DNA of 62,061 bases, filler included, from Choristocarpus tenellus KU-1152 (GCA_964200185.2; 13 parts of 13 records of this genome joined end to end with filler, not necessarily neighbours in it), one strand, 5' to 3'. Positions 36,121 through 49,560 are shown, numbered from the whole stretch's first letter. Notes: generated by a model not told the origin, from the sequence alone. A program made the numbers and translations.

Positions 36121-37924
36121 TCAACGTACCAAAAAACTCAATGGTGATCTCATATCCCCTAGCATAGAGAAAGGGGCGCATACGAAAGCGTGTGCATGCG
36201 AGGATATGTGTTGACCGACATGGCATGAAACGTTCAGTATCCCAACCACCACAATATCCATTGTACACATTAGTTTACCGTTCGACAGAACACGTAAAAT
36301 GTAGTACATACGTGGGCCAATAGCGTCATGGGCAATTCCCACCATGCACTTGTCAACTGTTTCCCCAAAAGAAATTCAGATCAAAATACACACTCTACAA
36401 TTTGATAAACTACCCCGTCCATTTCGTCCTACGTCCTTCATCGTACGTTTTCGTGACCTAGATGTGGCTCACGATTGACCGTGTACACAATGCACACCTT
36501 TTTAGGATATTCCGATCGTGGTGGTTTCGGTTATCGATGAATTAAACACGCCCTTCTCAATGAAAGTGGGGTGTCATCCAACACGGCCGTACTCAGTGTA
36601 ACACTTCGTGACCAAACATTGTGCAAGCCCCTTCCCCTGTACTAACATGCAGCACTATCTATGTTCGCATCATGAACATCTATCACAAATATCAAAGGGA
36701 AACGAACCCACCCAACACATATCGTAGCCTCGTTTGGATCCCACTCAGGAAATGGGGACTAAAGAGACCGCCCAAGACCAGTGCCGCCCGTTCGTGGAAG
36801 AAATCCAAAACGGACCAGATAATGGACCTCTTCCTCTCCATGTTTGTCAACCACGATGGTTCAGAAGAGATGGAAGGAAGCGGCCGCACTTAGAACAACC
36901 TTGCCTCTTGGTTGTTGGATGAGAAAAACAGATTTGCATCGTTGGCAAGTGCACTACGAGTTGTGTTGGCTCAGGAATAACACGAGTCCACGCCTGATCT
37001 CCAGGTTTACCCATTCCTCGAATGTGTAAAGAAAAATCTTAGCACTGAGCATACCCGCCAGGTATACAAATCCATCCTCGTCGGCATCGCTCCTGATGTC
37101 GAAATAGGCGATGACGGGGTGACATCGACGTTTCAACCCCTTCTGTCCGTCACAGCAAGAAAATACGACATCAACGTCGACACACTAAGGGTCATCCGCC
37201 AAAAAACGCATGGAATTGAGTGAAAGTATCTTAGAGGGTACGAATTTTGCCCTGTTTATCCATTTGGGGCTTGGCTTCCCATGGAGTACTTGTACGACGT
37301 CTTCTTACTCCAAGATGTTTCGGAGTAGGTAAAATGTGTACATCATGAAAAGGTGCGTCCGTAAGAAGGATATTGACACTTCCTAACAATCAGAATAGTC
37401 AAAACTACATCAAAATCGCAACATTGGATTTTGTCCCCTAAATGGACGCGACTCTACCCTCTAAGATACTTTGGCTCATTCATGCGAGACATGCGGCGAA
37501 AGGCAAGCCCCTCCGCATCAGCTGCAGATGACGCTGGGGAATTGTCTCCCAGCTCCGACACACACGCCCCTCACAACTTTACTCAAGGCATCACCCACAG
37601 GTATGGAAGTTCGTTTTCAGCAACCATCAACGGTGCGACACACACAACTTGGTCCCCGGGCGAACACATCCACTGTATGTCGAAAACCATTTCATCACTA
37701 ACAGGGATGCCCAGATGATCCCTCATATTCTGCTGCACAACCGACACACGCCCCACATCTCCCATCGTTACCTCAGACAAAACGGCAGACCAAGGGTGTT
37801 CGACGTGAGAAGGGACAGCCCCTCGCAACAGTTCGATGTACAGCATCCTGATACACATGTTCTGGGTATCACCGTATGGGAGAGCAACAGCACCGCCATG
37901 CCCCACGATCCGGTCACATGTCAT
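36121..37924 (-). pseudogene. Decayed Mutator/MULE (FAR1-like) transposase with a SWIM-like finger
   Basis: YFLAVTDRRG...VIAYF.....EDGFVYL; LDFFHERAALV...F..HFLSGIQTRLR (cf. LY..R..W...F.AG..TT.R.E); YILRVL...LMCT......GI...CH (SWIM-like), then FLVR* (cf. ILKRW). Confidence 0.5.
37218..37477 (+). mobile_element. MITE copy with a 3-bp TSD (ATT)
   Basis: Reads att|gagtgaaagtatcttagagggtac...taccctctaagatactttggctc|att. Confidence 0.9.
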
Positions 37925-37927
37925 GAT

Positions 37928-38022
37928 GGGTCAAAGTATCTGGGGAGGGGGGGTGCCGGCGTCCGTTTTGGGGTCAAAGTATCTTGGGGGGGGGGCAAGC
38001 GCAGTTTCGAAACTCGGCAACA
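37928..38022 (+). mobile_element. Two stacked G-run MITE termini at the contig end
   Basis: gggtcaaagtatctgggg...gggtcaaagtatcttgggg. Confidence 0.7.
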
Positions 38023-39489
38023 NNNNNNNNNNNNNNNNNNNNNNNNNNNNNNNNNNNNNNNNNNNNTTAATTAATTAANNNNNNNNNNNNNNNNNNNNNN
38101 NNNNNNNNNNNNNNNNNNNNNNGGGGGGGGGGCGGGGTGGGGGGGGGTGGGCGGGGGGGGGTGGGGTGGGGGGGGGGGGGTGGGGGGGGGAGGGGGGCAT
38201 AAAAATGCATTGCTCTTGAGTGCACCATGCCATGGCCATAGTAATACAGTCATAGCAAAGAGAAGGGATGCAAATATATGCAGTTGAGGATGGTAGCACA
38301 GTTTATACACAGAAAGAGAGAGAGAGTGAGACAAAAGGTGAATACAATTTATTTTTTTCAAGAATCTGTTGTTCAGTCAGATATTATTTTTCTTAATTGG
38401 TAAAACAAAAAGAATGGGGGGACTGCAGTAATCCAAAAGGGGAAAAGGGATGACCGGAGCGTTGAATTCCACAAGAATAACATCATTGCTCTCAGCAGGC
38501 TAAGCAGTAGCAACCCATAGAGAAAGGGGGGGAAAGAGAGAGATGCAGTGAACAGGAGAAACACTCAGATTTCAAGCAACACCACCCACCACCCATCATA
38601 TCAGCCTGCAACAAACAGGACATGCCCACAGTATGAACACCAGTGTAACAAGCATGTTATCATACGGTACACCACATGTAAAAGCCTGGCAAAACTGCTG
38701 AAACCCTAACCATAACCCTAACATGAATACCCAAAGCAGCCAAGAGGAATGGGGTTCCGCTGAGTTTCAAGGGCCCCTCTGACTTTCTGGTGTCACATGC
38801 TTTTAAACCACACACACACCGTTCACTGCTGTGGAGTGCATTTGATTTGGTGCTGCTCTGCAATTGCGTCCATTTTCAAAAAAAAGAAGAAAAGTATCTT
38901 TATTGATACACACCCTTTTCAAATACCCTCATCTTCTCCTAACAGTTTTTTTAAATATATATATATACATTTTTTTTGCAACATTCAGAACAATATAGAC
39001 GATGCATGCACTCACTAAAAAACAACTACTGACCGTGACAATGCGTACGTACACTTGCTAAAATACCATCATCCCAAAGGATGGATCAGAGTGGGGGGGG
39101 GGCGGTCACCATCAAGCTCCTCTTGAAGAGTAGTCCCTGTCATTGGACATGTCAATGTCAGCAATCTATCAGGCACAACCCCAGTACCGGTAAAGACAGA
39201 GACGCCATCCATACACCAGGTGATAGTACGCAATCTGACAGGCGAACATGGCTTGCTAAGGGTATATGGACGCATGTGTCTACAATACAAAACTATCTCA
39301 CTCCAATACTTAGGCGTAACTATCTGGGACAATGTCAAAGTATTAGTGTTTAGGGTACCAAGAAAAATACACTCCAATACCAATTGCTATGCCTGCTCAT
39401 TAAGTTCATATTCTGAATGGTGTTGAAACCCAAAATAGTCAAAACATACACCCCTCTCGGTTACCTGACTCTAATCCTAGTGCGAACTC

Positions 39490-39580
39490 TAGCCCTAACC
39501 TTAACCCTAACCTTAAACCTAAACCCTTAACCTAAACCTGAACCAGATCCCAGCCCTAACTCCATCCAAACCCTAACTCA
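39490..39580. repeat. Degenerate interstitial telomere-type repeat (CCCTAA)n
   Basis: ccctaaccttaaccctaaccttaaacctaaacccttaacc. Shorter tracts lie at about 18480, 19138, 20025, 20068, 21753, 21957, 22637, 38701, 55529, 60580, 61500 and 61991. Confidence 0.8.
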
Positions 39581-39645
39581 AATCGGATTCCTTCTTTTTC
39601 CAGGCAAGTAAGGAACAAGTCCCCCCACCCATACATATATACCAC

Positions 39646-41161
39646 CTCCGCACCTCCTCCTCTGCCTTCCCAGCTCGCTCTAGCAGGGCATGCGTCTCCT
39701 CCTCATGCCTGCTGAGCAACAGCTTCTCAGCTGCAATCAGCTGGTTCTCCCCTGACCTTGAGACACGTTCTGCCCCCCTCCGCATCTCCCTGAGCTCATC
39801 TTCAAGCGCTGCCTCCCGATTGTGTGCAGCCGTAAGGTCAGCGATCGCAGCACGTCTGCCTTCCTCAGCCTCTTCACACTTCCGTTGAAGAACTTCAGAC
39901 TCCTTACAAAGCCCTGCTACCTGCCGTGGCTTTAGAAGGGGATACATTGGGTAGGGGGGGGGGGGATTGGCATGCAGTTCCATCTGGGGAATTTCGTGCA
40001 GGTTTTTTTTATTTTGGTGTGTATGGGTAAATTTAATACTTTTTATGCCTCTCTATCCGTCGGTATTGCAAACAGAAATGAGATATATACAGAATAAACT
40101 TATCATTGCCTATTGTGAGCATACATTTTTACTAAACCAATTATATTTAGAGGACTATGATGAGGTGTGAATGATGCATGTGGGGTGGACCATTACAAAT
40201 CAGGGATTTCATCATGGCATGGACTGCAGTACAGTCTTGAAACTAGGTCAGCTTATCATTGCATGTATGTAGAGCGGAGGGCAAGAATGGCTATAAAACA
40301 GGGGGAGGGTAGGAAAGGAGAGAGGGGAAATAGCTCAAGGGAGTCGATCGGTTCCTCACCATAAGAAGCGGCAACTAATGCATTAACCCTCAGATAACAA
40401 CATTGATTGAAGAAAAGTCGAGTGTGCCTAGCATGCTATTCCTGACCCCATCCCAAACACTTGCATGTCCATCAGAAGAGGAAAACTGATACAACAACCC
40501 AATCAACCAGAGAAGTATGGGATTTTTCTATGATGGAAGGTTGTATGCCTTCTCTCTCTTCGGTCATTCCCCCATCCCTCTCCACACTAAGTGTGCTAGT
40601 ACCTTCAGGGACTGGTTCGAAGCAGTAGGAGAGTCAGTGTCTTGACCCGCTTCCAGATCTTCCTTCGGGCCGACGCAGCCTTGCACAGCGCCGACATCTG
40701 GGATTGCAAGGCAATGTTCATGTTCGTTTCCCTCTCTTCCGTGCGCATTGGCCTCGTCGGTGTTGGCGCCCGCAAGCGGAGAGAACCAGCTGTTGAAGTC
40801 GGACCTAGGTGAAACCTTAGCAGGCGTACTGCTCACCACGTACTTGACACTGTCTTCAAATTCAAGAGAAGGTGAGAGAGGGGATCCAACCATATCACCT
40901 GATTCGAGGATCACGGACCCCTCCTCGTCCTCAGTCACGGCCTCGGATTCGTCGGCCTGGTATGTCTCACCTACGATGACATCCCTGAGGTTTTCCTGAA
41001 CCGACTGCTCGAGAGACATTATACGGCCGATAAACTTCCCTCGACCCTTGCATTTCTCCCCCACTGCGTATCTGAGCAACATTGTAAGGTATATCACAGC
41101 AAGGGAGGGCTTGGTATCTCCGCGAGACTCCTCGACCATGTCATCCTCCAGAATGGACCCG
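39646..41161 (-). CDS. Hook/CCDC88-like protein, partial; exons 41161-40603 and 39920-~39646
   Basis: LAVIYLTMLLRYAVGEKCKGRGKFIGRIMSLEQSVQENLRDVI resembles the end of the Hook domain (LLQLILGCAV.C..K..I..IM.LEESVQ). An acidic/Ser linker follows, then a heptad coiled-coil exon. Donor AAG|GTACTA and acceptor CAG at 39921-39923; the second donor is ambiguous. Confidence 0.7.
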
Positions 41162-42807
41162 NNNNNNNNNNNNNNNNNNNNNNNNNNNNNNNNNNNNNNN
41201 NNNNNTTAATTAATTAANNNNNNNNNNNNNNNNNNNNNNNNNNNNNNNNNNNNNNNNNNNNCCACGGTATAACGGTATATGGCATACGAGCAATACGGTA
41301 TAATTATAGACAAACATGCTTTCCACATGTAGCATAAACAAATTACTGTTTTCGAAGTGACAGCTCTTGTATTAAACAATATTTGACATTTCATGCATTT
41401 GTATGATTTGTAGTCTAAGTATTTCCACTAAACTATTCCAAGATGTCCAAATCAAGATTCACGATTACAAACATACAGTAAATAGTTGATAGACAGGAAA
41501 GAAGGATAACAGTCAATATCATCAGAGAGGGAAAAAGGGTTAAAACGGAGAGTGTGACGTAGTGAAACCTATCCCATCAATACGACTTTGTCCCTCGGAA
41601 ATTTACGTAACTACTCTTGGTGCTGCCATGTCAAAACATACTTTCCAGAACTGTTAGGAACCGTTCCAACTTCTTACCTGTACATGAACGATAGTGTTTT
41701 AGACTACTCACAAAATTCCTGTCAGGCTCTCGTTCTTGCACACCATTTCGTGTTCTGAATTTTGTTCAATTCGATTTTCGTATTCATATTTTCCATTCCT
41801 CGCCCAAAAGAAAACGTAGGATGTTGGTTACCTTACCTAAACCATTTTGGTAAACAGCAGAGAGGAGTGACGGGGAAGTTGAGAAAAGGGGATACCAAGT
41901 TAGCCAAGGTCCCTCGAGAGAGCCAAAATTGGTAAGCGTACTTGCATTCTCCTTTTCGAAGGTGTGTCAAACTATGTACCGGCCTTGTATCGGCAAGCAC
42001 ATACCAAGACTTTGGTTCACAGCCATGACACGATTAAATGTTAGGCGTGAGAGGGCTGTGGTCCATGGGGACCTCTCAAATATTGGAGTACCATGACTAT
42101 GCACACCGTGCGCCACTAGCATCTGGAAATATTCGTCGAGCGTGACATGATGTCCATCTTTTCGCTTCAGGAATATAGCTTTTTGGCGTTGTGGGGTGAA
42201 GAAGGGTGTAGCGACTTGATATGTGATTTCACCTTATCAAACTGTTTGTATAGGTCACCCTTTTCGACATCTCCTTCTACGTAGGTGATGAGGGACGCTG
42301 AGAGGATAGAGTTCCCTTAGTACCTGGTCTTTATTTGTCGAAGACTCCTTCCCGGTCGTCTGTATCCAGGGATTGTACCATTGATGAATGAACTGCAACT
42401 CACCAACTAGACTTTGTACTGAACACAATCGTATCCTTCAATAACCGGTGTCTGAACGTCGCTCCTCGATGATGGTAACATTTACTACACGAAATTCAGG
42501 TCTCCTTGGTTGCTCTCCAGCATGAGACTCGCAGCAGTACGAAATACGATTGGTGAGATATATTTTGTACACTTTCGGTACAGCAATGGAGGTGGCGCAG
42601 GGTAGACATGGCCTTCAGACAATCCATTCTGTCACATGCGCATCCACTAAAAAAAGTAATTTTGACTCCTCGTTTTCTTCATCTTTCGCTATGAATGCAT
42701 TTGGTCGAAGCATTTTCATATCCCTTTCAGCATACCTTGACACACCACATCCATTTTGTTCATTGCATACGTACATAGGGACATGTGGTACATTCTGGTT
42801 AAAGGCG

Positions 42808-45712
42808 ATGCTTCTCTGCATTAGTTTGCAAGCTATCTCGGCTGCGACCACCTTCAACGGTGATGAATACTTTATCTGCAGCGATGTTACATACTCGACA
42901 GATGTCATTGCAGTTGACCTGAATGGAGACAGCTGCCTGGACGTGGTTGCTAGCACCGGTCCCATTGGCATTTGCCACCATTTGTACTGAGTGATCTAGC
43001 TCTGGGGAACAGGCAGAAGTTCTAGCAATTACAAATGATTCCATGCCACTTTTAGTGTGTGAACAAAAGAGCACAAACAGGCAGTGGCAGTGCTTGGAAC
43101 TCCATTAGAACAGTTGTCAAATCCTTTTGGGTCAAGAGGGTGGATTGGAAACCCCAGTTCATTTACATGTAATTTATTTTGGGTAGGAACCCCAGGTATC
43201 TTAAGTGCAAAAGCCATTGTCTTGTTTCCCATTTAGTTTGGTCTCGTCGAACAAACATATTTTTTTTTCTTGTTCTTGGTCAGACCAATTTAAACATCAT
43301 TGCTCCTGCTGTAGTTTCATGTGAGAAGTTGGACTACTATGTTCATTTTTCGACTCTAACTCGGAATCTTCCTGTGTATTATGTACCTGTAAACACCTCC
43401 CTGACACTATTTTAGTTCCTGGTTTGGTACAGCATACCAGTTCTGGTTGTATTTAACCTTTTCTTTGTAGCTAGCTGAAGTGACGGGTCTAACACTTGGG
43501 TGACAGCAGCGAAGAGTATGGTCTGATTCCTGAAACCCTATTGTGTAATGTTGAATCCAATGCGCTTTGTTGCAGGTGACAATGATGTTCCCAGGGTACT
43601 GGGAGTCGATGACCAAGTAGAGACCAATGATAGCAACAGTGGTTCATCGGACATCATCATGATTGTAGCTATTGGTGGATCCATAGTGGTGGTTCTATTA
43701 GCTATCGCTGTGTATTGCATCTGTCTAAAGTCAGAAGGCAAAAGCCCCCACTCCAGCACTCCGAATGGGGGGGGTGCATCTTTCTTTCAAGAAGGGCCTA
43801 CAGTGGGAACATCAGGTGATTCCATGCGGCTGAGAAGTGCTTCAAGTTTGCTTGGATCACATTTGGTGTGGTGGTGACATTTCTCTGGTATGTATTGATG
43901 ATTGTCCTCTACCCGCTTGACTATTGGTTCATCACCCCTTGCAGCCTATGGATCAAGTCTTCTTGTCACAGGTGGTGAATGCTTTCATGGAATGTTGGTA
44001 TGACTCTGCGGTTTCATGCTTGCTTGGTGTACAGGGCTCAAGTATAATTTTTGTAGAGTATGTGCGTTGAACATAATCTATTTCCTTTCTTGTTTGCGTG
44101 CTACTTGTGCAATGGTGTGTACCTATGATAATTTTTATTGACAATCTTTCCTAACCATTTGCACAATACTACTAGGCTTCTGTAAGAAACATCACATAAA
44201 TGCCCCCAGTCTATTGTTATCGATAGGACTGGACAGTTGTATGCATAGTACTGACTCCTCAGGATGATTGACTGTTCTCAACTCCCCCTCTACCCTCTCT
44301 TACCCATTCTCCCATTCTCTATGCTCACCCCCATTTTTTTTTCATCTAATTTCATACGAGGGTAGGTGGACAAAAGAGCTCGTCTGCATCGCATTCAGAC
44401 TGCAACACACAATCCCATGTGAGTAAGAGTCACTCTGATGTGCCTCTAACATCTTCTCGAGTACCAACAAACATCACTCCAGCGTTCTTCAATACGACCA
44501 GGAATGAAGTTGCTGCCAACACAAGGAATACAGGTCGGAGTAGGGTAGCAGGTGGGGCTACAGTGACTGGTGTTACTGCTGGTGTTGGAGCAGCAGCTGC
44601 AGTAGGTGCCATGTCGGGGGGGTGGACAGCTGTTGGTACTGTGGCGGAGCATGTACCGTGGATCCGGGATGTTTATGGTCTGCTAGATGCTGTTGTGAGC
44701 CATGTGCAAGCCCATAAAGACATGAAGGTGTGTGTGTGTGTGTGTGTGTGTGTTTCAAAATGGACCATGAGGAAGATACAGCTATACCTTTTCCTGTGCA
44801 TTGTTTTTTTTTGTCTTATGGATATATGTATTGCATGTGGGAGTAGTTCTGCTTAGGTGCCTGGTTACCTGTCAGTACATTTTTTTTCTTGAGTAGTGTG
44901 TGCTGTCTGGTTGTGCCTAATGTATACACTGTTTTTTAAATGTCTGAAGAACAGTTAAAGGATACTTCAAAATTGTTTATTCAAATATGTGGAAGAAGTT
45001 ATGTAAATGATCTGGATAGTAGATTTGAGTATGCAAAAATGTGTCTCTGGTACAGGGATTTATCAAAACAGTTATTATAATTGTGGGGTGGAGTGAAGCC
45101 TTAATATTGGTTTGAAGAACATCTCGTTGGGAAGGAATGGAGCGGCTTTTGAGTTTTTGGTGCATTTGTTTTTTGAATTGCGAGAAAGTGACCCCCCCCC
45201 ATACGAAATCAATGACTACTGACTGAATGGTGCCGTGTAGTATGACTGTTTTTGTGCGGTATATTGCATTACAGGTATGTTTGCGATCTCAAATGTTCTC
45301 CTTTTCAGTCCCTTCGATATCAAACGTCCTTTTTTTCGCTTCATGCAAATCTGTGCTGCCAGAACAGAACCATTTTGCAAGTATCTGCAAACCTATTCAT
45401 GAGTTCAAATCCCTTGTGTGCCAGGCTTTATTTTTCCATGGAGAATTTCAGTGGAATGAGAATAAAGGCAGCAGGGAAGTGGAGGGATGTTTGATGATGG
45501 CTAATACTCCAGTACTATGTACTATGTTGTATTTATGTTTCATTGCTTGATTGCAGTCCCTCTTTATTACTATAAAATAGTGTGAAATTCATATTTTTTT
45601 CTATGCTTTCTGTTTTTTGTTGGCCTCCTTTGAACAGGGTAATATTGAGAAGATCAGCACATGGGCCAAAAATCTACAGCAAGTGATGGTGCAGCTCCAG
45701 CACCACTTTGAG
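42808..45712 (+). CDS. Putative single-pass membrane protein, partial; exons ~42808-42958 (tentative), 43576-43815, 44366-44727, 45638-45712
   Basis: Hydrophobic leader plus FG-GAP-like VIAVDLNGDSCLDVVAST; TM segment IIMIVAIGGSIVVVLLAIAVYCICLK; Ser/Thr linker; amphipathic VAEHVPWIRDVYGLLDAVVSHVQAHKDMKGNIEKISTWAKNLQQVMVQL. The last three exons have canonical, phase-matched sites. The first donor (GTCCCA) is weak. Confidence 0.72.
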
Positions 45713-46577
45713 GTATGAGAAAGAGACATATCAGTGATGAACCCCCCCCAACCACAGACACAAGCACACACCTTTTTTTTCTACTATGCTATTTATGTTG
45801 CAGTGGTGTTGGGCATTACCATAGCTATATATTACACGTTTAAAATGAAAAACTCATAGTTGTATGGACTGTTGAACTCATGAGGGGTTTCTTTTTCTCT
45901 CAAGTCATATTCACCATTTCACTAGGCAGCAAGAGGCAGAGTTCAAAGTGGATGGATAGCTAGCCCTCCCATCACCTCAACTGTCTGTGTTGCGCATATG
46001 TGGTGTTTGGTTGCCTGTGCAAGAATAGAGACCATCTGCAGCTAATGGAGTGCATTTTGACTGTTTTGTAGGTACATTTAGTTTGCAGAAGGAAGTTTTT
46101 GCTATCAATAGCCGTTTTCGAATGGTGCCATCTACTTTAGTCAAAGGTGAAAGTGCCCTTTTAGTCAAAATATATGACCAAAATGGATACTTCAAGAGGA
46201 GTGACATCCCACCCTGGAAGTGAGTTTGAAGTTGAATGGTTTTTGTGTGGTAGTTGTTATTTAAGATTATTGCCAACCCTTACTTACCCATTATTGCAGC
46301 AGTTGGTAATAGTAATAGTACCATGTACAATAGAACCACCCACCCAACCATTGCTAGCTATTCTGTGCATATATCCAACTATATTTTCAACAGAGTGTTA
46401 CTGTAGTACTTGAGAGCACAGTAGTATTGCTAGAAGTTGTTGATATTTTCTGAAGTATTATCTTTATTATTACTATCACTGTTACTACTACTGTTATTAT
46501 CTTGATAGTGCTTCTTGTTGCCCTCATTTTTTGGTGCACTCTCTGCTAAATTTATGGAGATTAAATTACACGCATTT

Positions 46578-46747
46578 GAGTGAAACTATCTTAGAGGGTA
46601 CGAATTTTTCCCTATTTGTCCTTTTGTGGGGCTTAGCTTCCCATGGGTTTTTTCATGACATCTTCCGACTCCAAAATGGTTCGGAGTAGGTAAAATGTAT
46701 ACGTTATGAAAGGTGTGTTCAAAACATAGATATTGACACTTCCTAAC
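46578..46747 (+). mobile_element. MITE copy truncated by the contig end
   Basis: gagtgaaactatcttagagggtacg terminus followed by the family body. Confidence 0.85.
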
Positions 46748-47269
46748 NNNNNNNNNNNNNNNNNNNNNNNNNNNNNNNNNNNNNNNNNNNNTTAATTAAT
46801 TAANNNNNNNNNNNNNNNNNNNNNNNNNNNNNNNNNNNNNNNNNNNNAGAAAAAAAATCTCCAGCAGAACGTCGAGAAATCCACGGCAAGATAAGAAGAG
46901 GGAGGGGGGGGGGCGGGGGGGAGATTCAGGTCACAGTAGTGGGGTCTATTAGATACAATCGTATGGCATGAACGTATCCACAGTTCGAGTTGCACAAGGA
47001 GTGGAAATAGACGTGCTCAATTGAAAGGAACATATAGGAATAATATGCCACATTCCCTTAAAAAAAAAAGAGAGAGAAAAATATATATACTTCTATTTTA
47101 TTGACATAGAAGTGTCTAGGGAAATTAATTTGTTTAGATGATCCCTGAACCATCTAAAAAAATATATGCACACTTTGCTGATCCTAAGTACATAATGTAA
47201 CTATGAAGGTGTCACACCTGAGTCAACTCACAAGCAGCCACGACTGATCCAGGTCATTACATGCACAAT

Positions 47270-48270
47270 ACACGTTTTAGTCCTTACGGAACCCATCCAG
47301 ACTACTCCCTACCAGATTACGCAAGGAAATAATGAGGAGGGCGCATGAACAATGTTTGAGCAATGGATTGATCCCTGACTAGGGGGGTGAAGGTGGACTT
47401 GAGAATACAGGTATAACACAGATGTTAGATGGAGGTGATCTCCAACGGCCTTTCAAGGTAAGAGGAGTTCAAGAACATACAGGGGGCATGGGGGGGGGCA
47501 TATGCAAGAGACTTGATATGTATCTTATCAAGGACAGTCGCTTTAAAGGTATGCCTTGGTCGGATGATGGGTATCACCTTTTGTCAAAGACTAGAGGGTA
47601 GTATTTTATTCGGATTAAATACTCCAAGCAAATGCGATGATATCAACAGTGGTAATATTGATGGGGGGCGGGGGGGTAAGGCTAGACTGATGAAACTCCT
47701 AATCAAAACGAGCGGAAACCTTGTCAAAGCATTATGCATTACACACTCCACGTCAAACTGGAAAAAATAATGAAGGGAAGTTTAATATCGGCAATACAAG
47801 GAGTGTGTGGCTAGCCAAGAAATGGGGGTAATAAGACTGGTCTAGACGAAATATGACCATTACATGTCCTTGCCCTTATGCAACCCATCCAGCCTAGCCC
47901 CTACCAGATTACGCAAGGCAATGTTGAGGAGAGTGCATGAACAATAATTGAACAGCGGGTTGATCCCTGATTAGGGTTGGGAATGTGAACTTAAGAATAC
48001 AGGTACGGTACAGAAACTATATGGAGCTGATCTCTAACAGCCTGCCAAGTTAGATGAATGTCAAGAAGGTACAGAGGGGCGGGGAGGGGGGGGGGTATAC
48101 TTCTGAAGCTCATAATCAAAACCACCTGAAACCCGTCAAAGCATTCAGTATTACAGATTCCATCCCAAATATCCAGCAGTAATATATATAATATATATAT
48201 AATAATACTAAAAGGGAGGAAGCTTCATTTCAGAAATGCAAGGAGTGTGTGAGTAGGTAGGAAATGGAGA
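47270..48270. repeat. Diverged direct duplication of about 0.5-0.6 kb
   Basis: ccctaccagattacgcaagg...ttgatccctga...agaatacaggta occurs at about 47300 and 47900. Further matching blocks: 47690/48105 and 47795/48237. Confidence 0.75.
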
Positions 48271-48569
48271 AACAAGTGCAAGGAGGCATAGCTGCAAGTC
48301 ATAGAACCCAACAACGACCTTAATGTAATTTATGCGGGCGCAACCTATAATACCCCAAACAATAATTTGCATTAGCCTAGCTGGGTTGGGTGTGGTAATT
48401 CTTACTCTAAATCTATATAAGAGGAAAGTAAGGTGGGTCATAGGTCCCGAAAGTCTGCCCTTGGGGTTTCATTTGGTGGCTGGCGTACCCACTGGGTTCA
48501 CGCCAGAAAGGGGGCTGTTTGGGTAGACTAGCGGGTAAAGGGGGGGGGAGGCAGAAGGGATAGACATAG

Positions 48570-49560
48570 AAGTGTTATGAGACAGCTTGGGACCAATGGC
48601 TCGAGTTCCGTATATATAGAGGATTGAGTAGGTGGGTAGACCCCAGAAGTCGAGAGATAGACGTAGTGAAGGCCCTAGCGGAGTTAATGTGTGTCGGCTG
48701 CGGGAGTAGGGGGAACCGAGTAAGCATAGTTAAGGGTAAGACAGCGGCAATCCAATATTACCATAAACACTTTCTTAACTTTCAACTTCCCACACAACAT
48801 GTCAGGACACACTAGGTGCTCAAAGGGAATAGGGAGGAGTAACACAAAAGTAGGGAGTGAGCCTAAGAGGAGATCCCTGACATGGAGAATGTAGAATCAA
48901 AGCAGTGCACTGAAACGTTCGGTAGGAAAGGTAAATCGACAAGGCTAGGATTGGGTTTCTCGTTTCCTTCCTAACCAGAGGATCAGAGTTGTGGGCCTAT
49001 GATGAAGGGGTGGGAGTATATGGAGATTTCGCAATAAGAAGGAGGGATGTAGTTTGGAGGAGAGGAGTAGAAAGATTGAAGTGGGAGGATAGACACCAAG
49101 CAGAAAAAGCAGAGGTAACGTTCACAGAGTCAAAAGGGGACCAGGGTAGGAAGGGAGTAGTGTGACAAGGTTTAAGGTGGAGAAAAAAGGGGGGGGAGAA
49201 AGTATGGGAGGTTGGGAGGTGGTAATGGCTATCGTGGAATGTTTCCTAGAACTCCCCCTCGACGCTCCACTGATGATATGTAGGCAAGGGAGAGGGATGG
49301 AGGGTGATCACAAGGGGTCAAGCGACATGTTTCCTGAGGAGAATGGTAAAGGAACTTAAGATAAGACCAGAAGAATATACCCTGCATTCGGGTAGAATAG
49401 GGGGAGCTACGAAATTGGCAACCATAGGGGTATCGGAATTAGTAATACAGAGGGAGGGAAATGGAAATCGAGTGCATTTATGGTATACGTAAGGGCAAAC
49501 CAGAGGGATCCAGTGTGGGTTTCAAAGGACTTGGCAGAGAGTAGGAAGGATTGGGTCCAA
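48570..49560 (+). mobile_element. Decayed tyrosine recombinase of a DIRS/Ngaro-like (or Crypton) element
   Basis: YETAWDQWLEF (N-terminal SAM-like region), FLTRGSEL, HSGRIGGAT...GVSELVIQREG and WKSSAFMVYVR together give the R...HxxR...W...Y catalytic set. Frameshifted. Confidence 0.85.

Noticed and set aside
38123-38200. Poly-Pro ORFs or telomere-like G tract
   Set aside because: Low-complexity poly-G at a contig edge, likely low-quality sequence.
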